This document shows, in pieces, positions 19,024-29,507 of a stretch of DNA of 64,000 bases. Each line of letters begins with the position of its first letter. Position 1 is the first letter of the stretch. The stretch is from Candidatus Bathyarchaeota archaeon (lineage in GTDB: Archaea; Thermoproteota; Bathyarchaeia; Bathyarchaeales; Bathycorpusculaceae). The translations under genes and the position numbers were made by a program. Location of the stretch: the NCBI GenBank assembly GCA_963828195.1, contig CAWHDT010000007.1, positions 64,001-128,000 on the forward strand, given 5' to 3'. The notes beneath the pieces were generated by a model that was given only the letters and a program-made list of their open reading frames with translations, searched no databases and was not told the origin of the DNA.

Positions 19024-22000
19024 TCAGTGGATGTTTAGGTATATTTTTTTGCCGTCTAACTCTGATTCATGCCACTCGGCGTCATGTTCTTCGCTGCGGC
19101 TGCTGTGCAGGTACACTTTCCTTGCTCTCACTAGTCCAGCCATTTCCTCCAGATACGTCTCCAGAAGCGCCATGCTTTCGGCATCTAACTCGGCGATGTG
19201 AACTGACTCCAAGACATCGGTCGGCATAAACCCCATTTCTTTTCTGAGGGCTTGGACGCGACGCGCTAAATCTCGCATGATGCCTTCGCCCAGCAGGGTG
19301 TCGTCTCTTTGCCCGCTTACGAGTACGGTTATGTCGTCTTCTTGGCTGGAAACCCAGTTCTCGCCTCCAACGTAGTCGGGAACCTGAGCGGCATATTCGA
19401 CTGCTTTCACGTTTAGCTGTTCCAACAACAGAGATTCGAGAAACTTTAATGCGTCCAAAGTTTTTGCTGGCGCAACCACGATTGCTTTGCTAAGCGGCCA
19501 CCGACGCTTCAGCTTTCCCTGTTGCCTTGCAGCGTAGCCGATGGAGACGGTTTTAAGCAGAGCCTCAAACTGGTCTTCAAGCGGTTTGTCACGTATTTTC
19601 GGGTCAGGCGTTGGCCAACACGCAAGATTTACTGATTCGGGAAGCTGCGGTTCAAGTTGCCTGTAAATTTTCTGGTACAGTGCCTCGCTGAGGTAGGGCG
19701 TGATTGGGTTGAAAAGCAACGTCACCGTTTTTAGCGTGTGGTGCAGCAGGGCATAGATTGTTTGGCGCCTCTGCATCGTTTCAGGCTCATCCGTCCAAAG
19801 TTCCTTCCGAATCATAGGCACGTAGAGACGGCTTAGTGTTTCAATTACGAAATCATCCAAAACAGCGACGGCAGCGTTAAATTCGCATCTTTCAAGCTTG
19901 CCTGTGTAGTCTTCGATTTTCTCTTGCAGCTTAGAGAGCAGCCACAAGTCAGCAGGCTCAAGCTTATTTGCCTTAAAAGCCCAAGCTAACGTGCATTCGG
20001 AGGGATTGAACTTGTCGAAAGTCGCGTTCTGCATAAAGAACCTGCTCAGATGGTACAGGGTTGAGAGGACTTGGTAGGGGCGACGGTTTAGTTCCTGCAT
20101 GTCAAAATTCATAAAATCAATAGGCGAGCATTTTCGCGTCATATAGAAGCGGCAGAGGTCAGCTGAGTTCGTCTCCAAAAGCTTGTTGGTTTCAACCACG
20201 TTGCCTAAGCTTTTGCTCATTTTTCTGCCTTTCGCATCCTGAGTTAAACCTTGAAACAAAAATGACTTGTACGGCGCATTGGGCTCTGCAGTTAAAACGA
20301 CGTATTCAAGCAGCAAAGAGTTTGCCCAGCCCCTTGTCTGGTCGATGCCTTCAGTTAAGAAGCTGGTCGGCACAAACTTCTCAACCTCTTTGTCGGTGAA
20401 ACGGGCGTATGGCGAAGCGCCGCTGTTGTGCCAAGTATCCAAAACGAAGTCTTCCCGCCGCATATTGCCGCCGCATTTTTCGCATTTAAGCGTGATTCGG
20501 TCCACCCACGGCTTATGTAACTCAAAGTTTTCAGGAATCGGTTCCTGAGCGTTCTCAAGTAGCTCTTTTTTGCTTCCGACTATGCGTTTGGCGCCACATT
20601 TTTCGCACGCCCAAATCGGAAGCGGTGTGCCCCAGATGCGTTCCCGGCTTATACACCATGGTTTTCCTTCTTTTAGAAAGCCTAAAAACCTGTTTTTGGG
20701 TTCTTCAAAGTAGTACTGTACTTTTTCTGCTGCTTCCAGAACTTTGCTGTTTAACTTGTCTGTGCGTAAAAAGTATTCTTTTCTTGCAAGCCAAATGAGC
20801 TTGTGGTGTGAACGCCAGCAGGTGGGGTACTCATGTTTGGTCTTTGCGACCTTGACGAAAGCGTTGTGGTTGCGGAGTTCTTCAACAACCAAGTAATCGG
20901 CGTCTCGGGCAAAGACACCGTTGAAGATTCCTGCGTCTTTGGTGAATTTTACTTCATCATCGTAGGGTGCGAAGATGGGGACGCCTCTGCGTTTGGCTGC
21001 CCAAAAATCGTCTTCGCCGTTTCCAGGCGACAAATGAACTACGCCTGTGGCGGTGTTAACGTCAACGAAATCTTCACCGATAACTTTGTGAACCAGAGGA
21101 TGCTCAGTTTCAAGCTCTGCCTGTTTAGGAATCAAATCTTTCAGCGGGTAATCGTAAGCTGCGCCCTCCAGGTTTTTGCCCCAAACGGTTTCTGTGACTT
21201 CATACTTTATTATGTCAAGTTCCTGCATAACTGGCTCAACGCGTTGCTTCACCATTATCCAGGTTTCTTCGCCAACCTTCACTTTCACGTACTCAGCGTT
21301 GGGCTGAACCGCCAGCATTGTGTCGGTTATTATGGTGAAGGGCATGGTTGTCCAAACAAGGAAAAACTCGTTTTTGCTGCCGCAGACTTTGAATTTAAAG
21401 TATAAGGATGGGTCTTCTACTTCTTTGTAGCTGCCTTCGTAACCGACTTCTGCGCTGCTCAGCGAGGTTTGGCAGCCGGGACAATAGGCGACGACGTAAT
21501 GTCCCTCTTCAAGCAGGTTTTGTTCCCATGCCCGCTTCAGGATTTGCCATTCACGCTCAATATAATCGTCTTTGTAGGTCCAGTAGGCTTTTTCCTGGTT
21601 GATGAAAACGCCGAGGTTTGCATCGGCTTCAAGCCACATCTTGTGGTAGCGCATGATGGCTTTCTTGCATTCCTCAATGAACCGCTCCATGCCGTATTTC
21701 TCAATGGATTCGCGTTTGTTGCGTACGCCCAGAAGCTTCTCAACTTCCAGCTCCACGGGCAAGCCTTGGCAGTCCCATCCAGCCCAAAACGGCATGTAAT
21801 AGCCCTCCATGGTTTTCCATCGGTAACGAATATCCTTCAGGACTCGTCCGCGGGCATGACCAATATGGGGAATACCGTTTAGCGTTGGCGGTCCTTCTAC
21901 GTAACCCAAGATGCCCTTGGCGTCTTTTTCAACAAGTTCAAGCTTCTCACGTATCTGGTTTTTAACCCAGAATTCCCTCATTTCCTTTTCCAACTGAAGA

Positions 22001-22056
22001 GGCGAATAATTCGTTGGCAAAGCTTGGTCTATGTCAGCTTCATCCATGGAAGTCAT
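19024..22056 (-). CDS. ileS: Isoleucine--tRNA ligase
   Basis: GPP..NG.PHIGH, GWDCQGLPVE, WTTMP, WCISRER.WG, KMSKS. Confidence 0.97.
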   Translation of the reverse strand: MTSMDEADIDQALPTNYSPLQLEKEMREFWVKNQIREKLELVEKDAKGILGYVEGPPTLNGIPHIGHARGRVLKDIRYRWKTMEGYYMPFWAGWDCQGLPVELEVEKLLGVRNKRESIEKYGMERFIEECKKAIMRYHKMWLEADANLGVFINQEKAYWTYKDDYIEREWQILKRAWEQNLLEEGHYVVAYCPGCQTSLSSAEVGYEGSYKEVEDPSLYFKFKVCGSKNEFFLVWTTMPFTIITDTMLAVQPNAEYVKVKVGEETWIMVKQRVEPVMQELDIIKYEVTETVWGKNLEGAAYDYPLKDLIPKQAELETEHPLVHKVIGEDFVDVNTATGVVHLSPGNGEDDFWAAKRRGVPIFAPYDDEVKFTKDAGIFNGVFARDADYLVVEELRNHNAFVKVAKTKHEYPTCWRSHHKLIWLARKEYFLRTDKLNSKVLEAAEKVQYYFEEPKNRFLGFLKEGKPWCISRERIWGTPLPIWACEKCGAKRIVGSKKELLENAQEPIPENFELHKPWVDRITLKCEKCGGNMRREDFVLDTWHNSGASPYARFTDKEVEKFVPTSFLTEGIDQTRGWANSLLLEYVVLTAEPNAPYKSFLFQGLTQDAKGRKMSKSLGNVVETNKLLETNSADLCRFYMTRKCSPIDFMNFDMQELNRRPYQVLSTLYHLSRFFMQNATFDKFNPSECTLAWAFKANKLEPADLWLLSKLQEKIEDYTGKLERCEFNAAVAVLDDFVIETLSRLYVPMIRKELWTDEPETMQRRQTIYALLHHTLKTVTLLFNPITPYLSEALYQKIYRQLEPQLPESVNLACWPTPDPKIRDKPLEDQFEALLKTVSIGYAARQQGKLKRRWPLSKAIVVAPAKTLDALKFLESLLLEQLNVKAVEYAAQVPDYVGGENWVSSQEDDITVLVSGQRDDTLLGEGIMRDLARRVQALRKEMGFMPTDVLESVHIAELDAESMALLETYLEEMAGLVRARKVYLHSSRSEEHDAEWHESELDGKKIYLNIH

Positions 22057-22163
22057 CTTTCATCACACCGCAAAATACGCTAAAAGACTATAAAAGTATT
22101 AAATGCAAAAAAAGCCCTTGACCCAAAAACTGCTCAAAGCGATTAGTCAGCAGTTTGAAGGCG

Positions 22164-22739
22164 TCAATTTGCAGGCACGGGCGTCGGATTTGGCAAAGTC
22201 AGCGTTGTCACAAAATCGCTGCTTGTCTGCGTGAAGTTTTCATCAGTGTTTATCTTTTCTTGTATTCTTACTTCTAGAGTGCTGCCTTTAGGCAATGGGG
22301 CTACATTTTGATTTGGGTAGTTGAAGCTGCCGACTCCAAAAACGCCTACAACCGTCTGCGACGCCGGCTTTAAGTTGCTTAGATAGGACCGCACTGAAGC
22401 CGCTGCGTTTCCACTATAAACCGGTCCACCTACTACAATGATTGAGTATTGATTGAGGTTAGCTGTTGCAGTCGAGCTTTTTATGCCTGCTAAGTTGACG
22501 GTGAACCCGTGTGTTTGCATATCAGCGGCAACTTTGTCGGCAAAATCTTTCGGTGCACCAGTTAAGCCTGGATCATAAACTACAAGCGCTTTTGCATAAA
22601 CACCTGCTGGACCAGTGAGCGTTTGCGTTCCCGTGGCTGTGTAGGCTGCCACATCAAGGAATATGACGCTTAATCCAACTGCTGCAATGATGACGAGCGC
22701 CAAAAAAACTGTCAATATGATCTTAAATTTTCTCCTCAT
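22164..22739 (-). CDS. Membrane-anchored flavodoxin-fold protein
   Basis: N-terminal RRKFK plus TM helix; ALVVYDPGLTG, IVVGGPVY, VGVFG. Confidence 0.7.
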   Translation of the reverse strand: MRRKFKIILTVFLALVIIAAVGLSVIFLDVAAYTATGTQTLTGPAGVYAKALVVYDPGLTGAPKDFADKVAADMQTHGFTVNLAGIKSSTATANLNQYSIIVVGGPVYSGNAAASVRSYLSNLKPASQTVVGVFGVGSFNYPNQNVAPLPKGSTLEVRIQEKINTDENFTQTSSDFVTTLTLPNPTPVPAN

Positions 22740-22885
22740 ACTTACTGCCTTTTACTCGTTAAATTGATTATGGGGTTATGTCGCGTTGTAGCTTTTCTGT
22801 TTTTCGCTTATCAGCCAAGCAAATAACGATTCAACTTATATCTAAAATACGTTAACATACTTGGATACCAGAGAAGCGTGACAAA

Positions 22886-24073
22886 ATGGGTAAGTTTCGG
22901 TTAGCCGTCTTTAACACTCAACCTCCCCAGCTTTACTTCGGAGGAGTCGAAAGGCGAATAATCGAAACTACCAAACGGCTAAGCAGCCAAGCCGACGTCA
23001 CCGTTTACAGCGGCACCAAGACGGGCTTCAAAAAACCTGCAACCATTAACGGTGTACGTTTCGTTCCATATTATTCGACAGACAGCATTTTTCCTTTAGA
23101 TAACTGGTTTTTCAACAGAAGCCTCGCTAAAAAAGCAGGAGCCATCGACGCTGACGTCTATGAAGTGCATGCTGTAAGCGGGTACGGTCTCGTAAAAGCG
23201 TGGAAAAAACGGGGCATCAGCAAGCCTTTCGTGCATACGGTTCACGGCGTCCTCGCCGACGAATATGAACAGGCACGCGTGAGCGGCGACCAAACGTTCA
23301 GAGGCAGAGTAGCCAATTATTTTATGCATCGACTTGCCAGGTTGGAAGAGGAAACCACAAAAAACGCAACCCAGATAGTTACTATTAGCCAGTATTCTCT
23401 TGAAAAACTGAAGACGTACTATGGTGTTGATGCGTCTAAGGTTCGGATCGTTCCAAACGGCGTTGACCCCGAAAAATTCAAACCCCGCGCGGACATTGAA
23501 GTGGCGAGGCGGCAGTTTGGGTTAGGCAAGGAGCCCTGCGTGGTTTTTGTCGGCAGCTTAATCCCCCGCAAGGGGGTGCCTTTTCTGGTTGAAGCCGCCA
23601 AAAAAATAGTCAAAGAACAAAGTGAAACGAAGTTTTTAATTGCTGGAGAAGGACCCCTAAGACACCAGTTAGTTAATTCCATTGAAGCCGCTGGTCTTTC
23701 AGGCAATTTCAAATTTTTAGGCAACCTAAAAGACGACACACTTCCAACGCTGTATAACTGCGCAGACGTGTTTGCGCTGCCGTCAATTCAGGAGGGACAG
23801 GGCATTGTACTTCTGGAAGCCCAAGCTTCAGGTAAACCTGTCGTCGCTTTTGATATCGGCGGAGTTAACGAAGCCGTGCGCAACGGCGAAACGGGGTTGC
23901 TTGTGAAGCGGGGCAGCACCGACCAGCTGGCAGAGGCAATTATGAGGCTGCTTTCCGATAAGGCACTGCGTGAAAAAATGGGCAGTAACGGCAGAAATTT
24001 TGTGACTGAGAATTTCACATGGAACATTTGCGCTCAAAAAATGCTCCAAGTTTACCGTGAAGCGTTAGCATGA
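22886..24073 (+). CDS. Glycosyltransferase family 4
   Basis: GGVE, HTVHG, VPNGVD, EGQGIVLLEAQASGKPVV. Confidence 0.93.
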   Translation: MGKFRLAVFNTQPPQLYFGGVERRIIETTKRLSSQADVTVYSGTKTGFKKPATINGVRFVPYYSTDSIFPLDNWFFNRSLAKKAGAIDADVYEVHAVSGYGLVKAWKKRGISKPFVHTVHGVLADEYEQARVSGDQTFRGRVANYFMHRLARLEEETTKNATQIVTISQYSLEKLKTYYGVDASKVRIVPNGVDPEKFKPRADIEVARRQFGLGKEPCVVFVGSLIPRKGVPFLVEAAKKIVKEQSETKFLIAGEGPLRHQLVNSIEAAGLSGNFKFLGNLKDDTLPTLYNCADVFALPSIQEGQGIVLLEAQASGKPVVAFDIGGVNEAVRNGETGLLVKRGSTDQLAEAIMRLLSDKALREKMGSNGRNFVTENFTWNICAQKMLQVYREALA

Positions 24074-24598
24074 GACGTTAACTGCTTTTGCCAGCCGTTT
24101 AAAGTCGTATTCGCTCATCCACTCAGTTCGCAGGTAGCAGCAGATTCGTTCATCGCTAAGTCCAATCCGTTTTGCTTCTTGGACGCAATAACGGTACGCT
24201 TCAACTTCAGTGGGCCGCTCAACGTAGTCGTATCGGGGATCAAAGAGCTCTTTTCCCTCCATATGCTGCTTGACATGGCAAAGCTCATGGATTAAGTCCA
24301 AGTAAATGTCCGTTTTGTCGCCGTTTTCTAAGTATCTTTTGCTTATTGTGAGGTGCCCATCGTTGCCGTCTACGTACATGTATCCCATGAACCAGCTGAG
24401 CTCCACTTTGAGGTGGCTGAGAACTTCGTCGGTTTTTTCGCCAAAAATTCCCCTTACCGCTTCAACTTTGTTAAAACCTTTAAAGAATTCAGAAAAAATT
24501 ACTTTACGATTCCCAATGCTCAGCGGGTTAAATGGAAGTTTCCTAAATAAACGAAATATCCTAAACACTGAACGCTCTATACCAGACAAAGCACACAA
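24065..24598 (-). CDS. Hypothetical protein with HExxH zincin-like motif
   Basis: LIHELCHVKQ...PTEVEAY. Confidence 0.6.
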   Translation of the reverse strand: MCALSGIERSVFRIFRLFRKLPFNPLSIGNRKVIFSEFFKGFNKVEAVRGIFGEKTDEVLSHLKVELSWFMGYMYVDGNDGHLTISKRYLENGDKTDIYLDLIHELCHVKQHMEGKELFDPRYDYVERPTEVEAYRYCVQEAKRIGLSDERICCYLRTEWMSEYDFKRLAKAVNVSC

Positions 24599-24604
24599 CA
24601 GCTC

Positions 24605-25969
24605 CTACTTGAAAGTTGAAAGATACTCAATCTTCATTCCTCTACGAGGCAAATCCGGAAGGTCATCTATGGATCCGATGCTGGCGTCAATGTTCCGGTG
24701 AATTGGGTGGCTCCATTCGCCCTCAGGGGCAAGGTTAAACTGTAAAGGCACATCTGACCTAATCTTGTGCTTCTCGCTTAAATTTTTAATTAACTTTCCT
24801 TCTCTGCAAGCGGTTCGGGCTGAAGTGCAACTTTGAAGCAGCTGTGGAGAAGCAAAAGAGCCGACTGCATGCCAGACGGCGGCGTCCTCAGGCGAAGCCA
24901 TAGAGTACAGGAAAAACTGAGGCGAAGAGGGAGTTTCTTTAAAGCTGTAGTCTGCAAGTTTATCGCCCGTCACAGTAAAACTGTCCTCACATTCTGCTAC
25001 GGCTATGTCTTCGGGGTCCATCGCGTTGGGATAAAGCTTGGTTGTTTTGTATTTGACAGCAACATCGAGAAGTTTGCCGTCTTCAAAGTGCAGTTTACCT
25101 CGAGCTGCCCGTTTGGAGCCATAGCCTTTCTTTGAATGAGGCACCGTGAGCAGGGTGGTTCGTTTCGTCATGCTTCTGCCCATGCATGTGTACGCTTCCT
25201 CGATGGCTGAGTAGTCAAGGTGGCTTTCGCCGATGATGTAATGTATTAAGCCGTCTTTTTCCTCTGCCTGCAAGGTTGAGAGAGGCATGCGCAATGCGAA
25301 AAGTGAAAGGTTCATTCCGAAGAAATTCGAGAGCCCTTCAAGCTGGTTATACTTTATTAAATCACAAAAATCCAGGTACGAACCATTTGAGTTTCTAAGA
25401 CCCTCACTGATTAGTTCGGCCTCGCCTTTTGAAATCAAACTTCCATTATACTTCTTGACAAAAGCGTCATCAACTTTGAGTTGGCTTGAGTCCACGTTTG
25501 CCGCGGGAAAAGCGCTCTGGCCGCTTGCAATAATGGAGTGTTTGAGCGGGTTTATGGAGTATCGGTCTGCCTCTACATCGTCAGTGTTCAGAAGGAAAGG
25601 AACAATGTAGTCTTCAGGTGGCTTTTTCAATATCTCCAAGAGCTGAGAAATGTCGCTGATGTCTGGTTTATGTAAGCCGTATTTTTCGAAGTAGTTTCCG
25701 CAAGCTTCAAGCAGACGCGTGCCAATAATTCCCTGAACATCTTCGACGGTTAACTGAGGATTAGTGTATTCGACCGAGCCCCTTAAAAAAAACCTGTTAC
25801 CGTCAAATTGAACGTTCACTTTTTGACCGTTAACATAATGAAATAAAGTTACTTTTCTGGCACGTTTCTCTTCTTTGAAACTGTGCAGTTTTTCAACTAA
25901 GATTTTTATGCTTAACCAAGAGCTCTTAAGAAAATCTTCAAGCAAAATCTTGCAGTAATCTTCACTCAT
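24605..25969 (-). CDS. Hypothetical protein (454 aa)
   Basis: Long ORF tightly coupled to its neighbours (3 and 6 bp gaps); no recognised motif. Confidence 0.7.
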   Translation of the reverse strand: MSEDYCKILLEDFLKSSWLSIKILVEKLHSFKEEKRARKVTLFHYVNGQKVNVQFDGNRFFLRGSVEYTNPQLTVEDVQGIIGTRLLEACGNYFEKYGLHKPDISDISQLLEILKKPPEDYIVPFLLNTDDVEADRYSINPLKHSIIASGQSAFPAANVDSSQLKVDDAFVKKYNGSLISKGEAELISEGLRNSNGSYLDFCDLIKYNQLEGLSNFFGMNLSLFALRMPLSTLQAEEKDGLIHYIIGESHLDYSAIEEAYTCMGRSMTKRTTLLTVPHSKKGYGSKRAARGKLHFEDGKLLDVAVKYKTTKLYPNAMDPEDIAVAECEDSFTVTGDKLADYSFKETPSSPQFFLYSMASPEDAAVWHAVGSFASPQLLQSCTSARTACREGKLIKNLSEKHKIRSDVPLQFNLAPEGEWSHPIHRNIDASIGSIDDLPDLPRRGMKIEYLSTFK

Positions 25970-25972
25970 AAA

Positions 25973-26812
25973 TTATCCTCTTTCTAAAGATTCAGCCATA
26001 CATACACAATTTTTTGAGACCGATTGACCTAGAAACATTCTGGACACACAAAAATCTTCCCTAAAACCAACGTCAAAAAGCATGTTCGATAGAGCGGTTT
26101 CTTTTTTTGGCAGAGCCGCATAAACGCTTAAACCCCCTAATTTTTCAAGCACTCCCTTAAGAAGAGAAACCGCTTCCTCATAGTGACCCGCCTGACACAT
26201 GAGAGGCCCAACCCACGCCATTTTCTCGTAAACCGTAGCAGCCACATACCCAACAATTTCCTTCTCACGCATTTGAAAGTTGCATAAATTTCCTTTTTCA
26301 AGAATGATGGATTCGAGAAGTTTTTTCCTGTCACCGCCAAAGCAACAGCGATCAAACTCTTCAATTTCCCTGATTTTTTGTGCCCCGATTTTCGGTAGAG
26401 TTTGAGCGGTCAAGGATTTAAGGGCATCAGTGCTAAGCACAGAACAATCTTCATCATATTTAAAACCCAAGCTGCTGTAGAAGCCAATCAGGTTTGGGTA
26501 AGCGTAGAGACCGATAGTTTCGACGCCTTTGCTTTGCAAATAGTTAACAGAGTGCTTTACGAGGAGTTTTCCAACGCCTTTGCCTCGGTATTTTTCTTTA
26601 ACTATCAAGTTGCCGAACCAGCCTACCTTGCCGAAACTGATGCTTGTGGCTATGCCTAAACGTTCAGTCCCTTGGAAAACAACAAAACAACCCTCGGGCT
26701 CAAGCGAAACCATAAACTCAAAATCTTCCTCAGCCATGTTCCAGTTCATTGTGTTGGCTAATTTAGTTGCAAACAGAAAATCGCCAGCCTGCATCGGTTT
26801 TACTTGAAACAT
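25973..26812 (-). CDS. GNAT N-acetyltransferase (tandem GNAT)
   Basis: LIVKEKYRGKGVGKLL, FYSSLGF, WVGPL. Confidence 0.85.
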   Translation of the reverse strand: MFQVKPMQAGDFLFATKLANTMNWNMAEEDFEFMVSLEPEGCFVVFQGTERLGIATSISFGKVGWFGNLIVKEKYRGKGVGKLLVKHSVNYLQSKGVETIGLYAYPNLIGFYSSLGFKYDEDCSVLSTDALKSLTAQTLPKIGAQKIREIEEFDRCCFGGDRKKLLESIILEKGNLCNFQMREKEIVGYVAATVYEKMAWVGPLMCQAGHYEEAVSLLKGVLEKLGGLSVYAALPKKETALSNMLFDVGFREDFCVSRMFLGQSVSKNCVCMAESLERG

Positions 26813-26958
26813 AAAAATACTTTGTAACCTCGGGGAATTAAGCATTTGATGGGCAGCAAAACTAAGTCACATTTTTTCCGATACCTATAATAAATTAGAA
26901 GCGGTTTTTTATACCAAGAATAATTCATTTTTATTTCGCCGCGCCGGAGAAACTGTTT

Positions 26959-27735
26959 TTGCAGGATAAAAGAAAGTTTAGAACAAGAGCATCCATTCTT
27001 GTTGTTATTTGGGTTATTTTGCTAGTGTTATCTTTGCTTTTGCTGTCGATTCTGTTTTCGCTGTTTGCCAGTAACCCTGAAAGCGAAAGCATTTCAAGCT
27101 TAAGTTGGGCTGGCTACATCACCACGAAAAACGCTAACCCCCAGTTCGAGGTCGTGGGCATATCATCTTCATGGACTGTTCCCACACTTAACGATACGGC
27201 GGCTACAGGGTATTCTTCTGCTTGGATTGGAATTGGAGGTCAACTGGACAAAACCTTGATTCAGGCTGGAACCGAGCAGGATGTGGTAAACGGGCAGGAG
27301 AACTACTATGCGTGGTACGAGTTACTTCCAAGTTTTGCTATTCAATTAAGAACCTTAACAGTTTCCCCAGGGGATACAATAGTTGCATCGATAAATCTGG
27401 TTAATCCAGGCACAAACCAGTGGAGCATACAAATAAGTGACACTACAACGGGACAAACCTTTGGCAGAGACGTCCTTTACAATTCCACCCGCTCCTCTGG
27501 AGAATGGATAGTGGAGAGACCGACAATAAACGGTCAAGTCAGCCAGTTATCTAACTTCGGAAACACTACTTTTTCAAATTGCCGAATAGACGTAAGCAAC
27601 ATCACTGGTTCAATAACGAAGTTCCCGTTTTCTAAAATAGAGATGGCAGACAGCCAAAGTGCCCCGTTAACCTCAGTCTCAAATCTCAGCCCTGACGGAT
27701 CAAGCTTCACCGTCAGTTATCTAGCAAACAAGTAA
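26959..27735 (+). CDS. Membrane-anchored G1-family glutamic endopeptidase
   Basis: SWAGY, SAWIGIGG, LIQAGTEQD (catalytic Gln), SGEWIVERP (catalytic Glu). Confidence 0.88.
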   Translation: MQDKRKFRTRASILVVIWVILLVLSLLLLSILFSLFASNPESESISSLSWAGYITTKNANPQFEVVGISSSWTVPTLNDTAATGYSSAWIGIGGQLDKTLIQAGTEQDVVNGQENYYAWYELLPSFAIQLRTLTVSPGDTIVASINLVNPGTNQWSIQISDTTTGQTFGRDVLYNSTRSSGEWIVERPTINGQVSQLSNFGNTTFSNCRIDVSNITGSITKFPFSKIEMADSQSAPLTSVSNLSPDGSSFTVSYLANK

Positions 27736-27746
27736 AAAAGGGGTAA

Positions 27747-28278
27747 TTATTGCTCGGTTGATATGGCTGCTGAAAGAGCCTCTGAACTCTTCTGAATTTC
27801 CTTTGTTATATTTGAGAGGAGTTTTATGCGGTTTTCCAACTTACGTTTTTGTTGGCTGGTTAAGTTTTTGAATTGGGGCATTACGTCTCCTATAACAGCG
27901 GTCATTAGGTCGCGGTTTTTTTCTTCGCTTAAATCTTTTAGTTCAAGGTGGTCGTCTTCAAAAAATAGTACTAGGTGCCCTGTTGGATCTATATGTGCTT
28001 GAACTACATCGCTAAGTTGCGATGGCAACGCAGATGGGTTCACAGTTATCGATGAAGCTAGGGGCTTCATGAGTTTAAGCAGAGACGAAAAAAATTGTGT
28101 TACCAGTATTTTTTCTTCAGAACTTAACTCGCTTATTTGCCCAATGTCGTCGGCTGTGCTTTTTAGTGAATCGACTAGTTCTTGAATGGATACCTGTTTT
28201 TTCCCTCTCTGATTGTTTAAGGTCCTGCGAAGCTAAGATTGCTGCGGGTGCTTGTTTAATTACTGCTTCTTGAGTCAA
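27747..28278 (-). pseudogene. Hypothetical protein with an apparent 1-nt frameshift at the A6 run (28197-28202), or an assembly indel
   Basis: Frame of 27747..28070 stays open upstream (QVSIQELVDSLKSTADDIGQI) without a start; a TTG-started frame from 28278 joins it if one A is removed. Confidence 0.5.
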
Positions 28279-28480
28279 TTTTGATCAAATAGTGAATAGC
28301 GTTTGCTAAACAGAAAAGGGCTTGTATGTCTCTGTGGCTATGCACAAAATTTTAGGTGACCAAAAGTGATAAAATACGCAGGGTCAAGACTTGCGCGATA
28401 TGTAGTGTGTATATTGAGTAGTGCTACGCACTATTTATCTACTCGATTCTGAACCCAATGTACTCCAGAGACGGCGCCGA

Positions 28481-29506
28481 ATGAGTTATGGACATCAAGG
28501 TATAAAAGAAAAATCTGACCCAAGCAGAGTTCATGAGATTTCATCCCTAAAAGAAGACAAATTCAAGGTAACAGTCTCGTTAGATAAAGAGCGCCCCATG
28601 TCCAAATCACCCTTATACGAAAAATACAACATACAAAGATACGACCTTCACCCAAACTTCAGCTTCGCACACCTTGACGAAATGATACCCAAAGGAACCC
28701 CAGAGTATTTAGACCATGGATTTAACTACGTTGAACGCATTGTCCGCGCACTCTACTATTTCAAGCAGTGCAGCTTAATCGGACCCTCAGGAACAGGCAA
28801 AACCCACATCGTCTACCTGGTAGCTGAACTCACAGGCTTACCAATCTGGGAAGTCAACTGCGGCTTATCAACATCTTCATTTGACCTGATTGGGCGATTC
28901 ATCGGACTGGGCAAAGAAAACTGGGTAGACGGCTTGTTGACGCAGTGGCTAAGAAAAGGCGGCATCATGTATCTCGACGAAGCAAACATGATGAAGCAGG
29001 ATGTCGCGACAAGGTTAAACCCAGTTTTAGACACAAGAGGCCACCTAGTGCTAAACGAAAAGGACAGCGAGGTAATCGAACGCCACAAATACGGTTACAT
29101 GATCATCAGCATGAACCCCGCCACAGCTGAATTCTCAGGAACAAAACCGTTAAACGCTGCAATGAGGCGACGCATGGCTGTGTGGATAAACTTTGATTTC
29201 TTAAGCGTGGGGGAAACCATTTCACCCGACGAAGTAGATATGCTGCGTAAAAGAACAAAGGTGGATCAGGATACTGCTTATAAAATCATTCAAGCCGGTG
29301 CCGAGTTAAGAAGGCAATACAAAGTAGGCGACTTGCCTTATGGACCCTCGTTGGGCGACTTAATCAACTGGGCAACGTTAGTTAAAGATGGAAATACCCC
29401 TATGGGCGCAGCTGAAGAAACCATAATCGGGTTAACCAGCGACAACGTTGAAGTTCAAGCAGATGTAAGAAGGATTCTGGAAGCAGTTTTTAATAAATCG
29501 CAATAA
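28481..29506 (+). CDS. MoxR-family AAA+ ATPase (CbbQ/NirQ/NorQ-like)
   Basis: GPSGTGKT, WVDGLL, YLDEAN, SMNP, LNAAMRRR. Confidence 0.88.
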   Translation: MSYGHQGIKEKSDPSRVHEISSLKEDKFKVTVSLDKERPMSKSPLYEKYNIQRYDLHPNFSFAHLDEMIPKGTPEYLDHGFNYVERIVRALYYFKQCSLIGPSGTGKTHIVYLVAELTGLPIWEVNCGLSTSSFDLIGRFIGLGKENWVDGLLTQWLRKGGIMYLDEANMMKQDVATRLNPVLDTRGHLVLNEKDSEVIERHKYGYMIISMNPATAEFSGTKPLNAAMRRRMAVWINFDFLSVGETISPDEVDMLRKRTKVDQDTAYKIIQAGAELRRQYKVGDLPYGPSLGDLINWATLVKDGNTPMGAAEETIIGLTSDNVEVQADVRRILEAVFNKSQ

Positions 29507-29507
29507 T

